Shown here: piece by piece, positions 61,697 through 64,000 of the stretch
How the letters are laid out: each line of letters begins with the position of its first letter
How positions within the stretch are numbered: the first letter of the stretch is position 1
Assembly: GCA_016713105.1 (NCBI GenBank)
Contig: JADJPS010000020.1
Span: 62,278-126,277, forward strand
Source of the DNA: Devosia sp.
GTDB taxonomy: Bacteria; Pseudomonadota; Alphaproteobacteria; Rhizobiales; Devosiaceae
Direction: 5' to 3'
Length of the DNA: 64,000 nt
Translations under genes and position numbers: made by a program
Notes under the pieces: model-generated
The model's input: only the letters and a program-made list of their open reading frames with translations
Databases searched by the model: none
Told to the model about the DNA's origin: nothing

Positions 61697-62953
61697 GTGA
61701 AGCGCACAACGACAGTCGGCTGGCGAGCCTACGGCGCCCTCGTGCGGGTGCTTTCGGCCGTGCACTACGGGGTGCTGTCGCCGCTCTCGGCCAGCGACGA
61801 GGGCGGCTGGCAATGGCTGCGCCGACGGCTGACGGCGGTGCCACCGCCTGCCGCGGCCGGCCGGAGAGTGTGGATTCACGCCGTGTCGGCCGGCGAATCC
61901 AAGGTTGCCGAACTGCTGCGCCGACACCTGCTGGCCGAGGCGCCGGAGCTGTCGGTCGTTCTTTCCGCCACGACCTACTCGGGCTTCGCGCGGGTCAGCC
62001 GGATCGCCGGCGAGGCGGCGAGCTTCGTCATGCCGCTCGATACCCTAGCCGCGCAGCGCAGCCTGTTCGCGACCCTGCGTCCCGACCTGCTGGTGCTGGT
62101 CGAATCCGAGTTCTGGCCGGCGCAGTTCGCGGCCGCCGCCGAGGCCGGCGTGCCGGTGGTGGTGGTCAACGCCACGATGTCGGAACGCTCGTTCGCCCGG
62201 CATCGCCGCTTCCCGCTGGTGGCGCGGCGCACGCTGCTGCAGGCCCGGCGGATCCTTGCCCAGGACGAGCCCACGCTGCAGCGCTATCTGGCGCTGGGCG
62301 TGCCGGCCGAGCGGCTGGCGATCAGTGGCAACCTGAAGCTCGCGCCCACCGGCGCCGTCACCGCGCCCCGCGTCGATGCCGCGCCCACCGTTGTGTTCGG
62401 CAACATCCACGAGGCCGAACTCGCGGCGCTCGCCCCGGCAGTCCAGACGCTGCGCCGGCAGCGACCGGAGGTGCGACTGGTGCTGGTGCCGCGCTATCCG
62501 GGCAAGCTGAGTGCGGCGACCCTGACAGCGGCGTTCGGCACCGAACTGGTGCGGGTGACGGATGCCGCCGAGGCCGTGGCGGGGCCACTCGTCTGGGTCG
62601 ACCGGATGGGTGCCCTGGCGGGCCTGTATGCGACGGCGACGGCCGGAGTCGTCTGCGGCACCTTTGCCCCGATCGGCGGCCACGACCTGGCGGAACCCCT
62701 GCACATGGGGGCGGCGAGCCTGTACGGTCCGCACGTCGAGCGCCAGCGGGCCCTCGACGTCGCCCTGCAGGCCATCGGGTGTGCGCGGCAGGTGCGGAAT
62801 GCCGACGACCTCGTCGCGACGCTCGGCGAGGTGCTGGACCGGCGCGAGGACCGCGAGGCGATGGTGGGTCGCTTCCGCGCGCTCTCCGAGGAGGCCGGCG
62901 TCCGGCTGGCCGAGATCGCCGGGGATCTGGTTCGCCTCCTGCCGCCTCAGTAG
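61697..62953 (+). CDS. waaA: KDO transferase
   Basis: WIHAVSAGE, SATTYSG, LVLVESEFWP, VNATMSERS, GNLK, LVPRYP, GGHDLAEP. Confidence 0.92.
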   Translation: MKRTTTVGWRAYGALVRVLSAVHYGVLSPLSASDEGGWQWLRRRLTAVPPPAAAGRRVWIHAVSAGESKVAELLRRHLLAEAPELSVVLSATTYSGFARVSRIAGEAASFVMPLDTLAAQRSLFATLRPDLLVLVESEFWPAQFAAAAEAGVPVVVVNATMSERSFARHRRFPLVARRTLLQARRILAQDEPTLQRYLALGVPAERLAISGNLKLAPTGAVTAPRVDAAPTVVFGNIHEAELAALAPAVQTLRRQRPEVRLVLVPRYPGKLSAATLTAAFGTELVRVTDAAEAVAGPLVWVDRMGALAGLYATATAGVVCGTFAPIGGHDLAEPLHMGAASLYGPHVERQRALDVALQAIGCARQVRNADDLVATLGEVLDRREDREAMVGRFRALSEEAGVRLAEIAGDLVRLLPPQ

Positions 62954-64000
62954 ACCGGGCGGAAGTTCTCGCCCCAGTAGAGGCGATAGCGTCCCAGTTC
63001 GCGACCGAACCGCACGATCGGGATCTCCTTGTAGAGCGTGACCGTCTCGAACTGCGCGTCGATGACCTCGCGCTGGCGCTCGTCGTGCAGCACGACGAGG
63101 GCGTCCTGCCCGACATGCGCCCTGGTGTCGAACCAGTAGTGGAACTCGCTGCGCGCCGGGTTCACCGCCGCGACGTCCTTGTCGTCGAGAGCAAAGCCGA
63201 CCGTGCTCGCATACTCCCACTTGGAGGTGGCGATGAAATCGGGCTTGAGATCGTCGATGGCGGCCCGGATCGGCAGCTCGATCTCGTTCCAGCCATAGTA
63301 GCGCGTGCGGGTCGGATCGGGACGGTCGAGCAGCAGGATGACCGGGAAGATCGATGAGGAGATCACGTAGAGCACCGAAATCAAGGTGCCGAACAGGGTG
63401 TGCCCCCAGAACAGCAGGCGCGAGCGCATCGCCTTGCCGAGGAACGGCAGCAGCAGCACATAGGCGCTGACATTCCACCAGAAGAACAGCTGCTGGGTCA
63501 GGGCGACGGTGAGGAAGACCAGGCTCGAGACCCAGAAGAACCAGCTGCCCAGTCCCCACGCGGTGCGCTCGAACGGTGCGGAGGGGCGGCTGAGGACGAA
63601 CCGGACCAGGCCCCACATCATGAACGGGGAGGTGGTCAGCGCGGTCTGCATCAGGAATTCGACGATGTGGATCCAGGTGAAGGCCCGCAGGAAGCCTGCA
63701 TCGTGCCGATCCACCAGGTGGAATTCGAACGAGGCGAAGCCGTTCTGGATGTTCCAGATCAGAATCGGCGAGGCCACCGCGATGGCGAGCAGCGCCGCCG
63801 CATAGAGGTGGGGATTCGCCAGCAGCCGCCGCAGCCTGGGGCTGGCGACGATGTAGAGGCCGAGCGCCACGCCGTAGAGCAGCGTGTTGTACTTGGCGAG
63901 CGCGGCAACGCCCATGAACAGGGCGCCGAGATAGAGGTCGCCGAGCCAGGCCTTCCCCTCCGCCCGCACCGCCATCAGGTAGCGGATGAGGAAATGCGCG
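62947..64000 (-). CDS. Second GT39/ArnT-like glycosyltransferase, starts beyond the right edge
   Basis: AALAKYN, ASPILIWN..GFASFEFH, WNVSAY, multiple TMs. Confidence 0.82.
   Translation of the reverse strand, partial: AHFLIRYLMAVRAEGKAWLGDLYLGALFMGVAALAKYNTLLYGVALGLYIVASPRLRRLLANPHLYAAALLAIAVASPILIWNIQNGFASFEFHLVDRHDAGFLRAFTWIHIVEFLMQTALTTSPFMMWGLVRFVLSRPSAPFERTAWGLGSWFFWVSSLVFLTVALTQQLFFWWNVSAYVLLLPFLGKAMRSRLLFWGHTLFGTLISVLYVISSSIFPVILLLDRPDPTRTRYYGWNEIELPIRAAIDDLKPDFIATSKWEYASTVGFALDDKDVAAVNPARSEFHYWFDTRAHVGQDALVVLHDERQREVIDAQFETVTLYKEIPIVRFGRELGRYRLYWGENFRPVY

Overview
High-GC alphaproteobacterial chromosome segment, inferred to be Hyphomicrobiales (Devosia-like) from its gene content, tRNA-His with discriminator A73, CIRCE/sigma32 groESL and rhizobial palindromic repeats. 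It is mostly housekeeping: sugar hydrolases, mrp, transaldolase, Fe(III) ABC transporter, tRNA-His, hisS-hisZ-hisG, groESL, ribF-ileS-lspA, rluB, rsmD, mutL, purD, xseA. The right end is an 11 kb lipid A/Kdo/LPS cluster. About 12 genes, including essential ileS, carry small indels, mostly 1 nt in homopolymers, so these are most likely assembly errors rather than pseudogenes. The most unusual region is 22437-23536 (minus strand), which the ORF track largely misses. It has a promoter, a 20-aa leader ORF with attenuator-like hairpins, and three small ORFs (two DUF1127-like). Each of the three is preceded by the same element: Shine-Dalgarno, then a CCGG-closed hairpin, then AC..CC, then AUG. Other leads: a histidine phosphatase translationally coupled inside the kpsF-kdsB-kdsA operon where KdsC would be expected; a Dpp-like ABC system with degenerate ATPase motifs under a CtrA-like box; a PdhS/CbrA-like pseudokinase; a LuxO-like protein with a pseudo-receiver; an alternative-pairing repeat at the groEL 3' end; a PLL-like lectin; and an orphan TadG/vWA protein. 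No CRISPR array, IS element or prophage was seen. All motif and family calls are by eye, with no database searches or folding runs.
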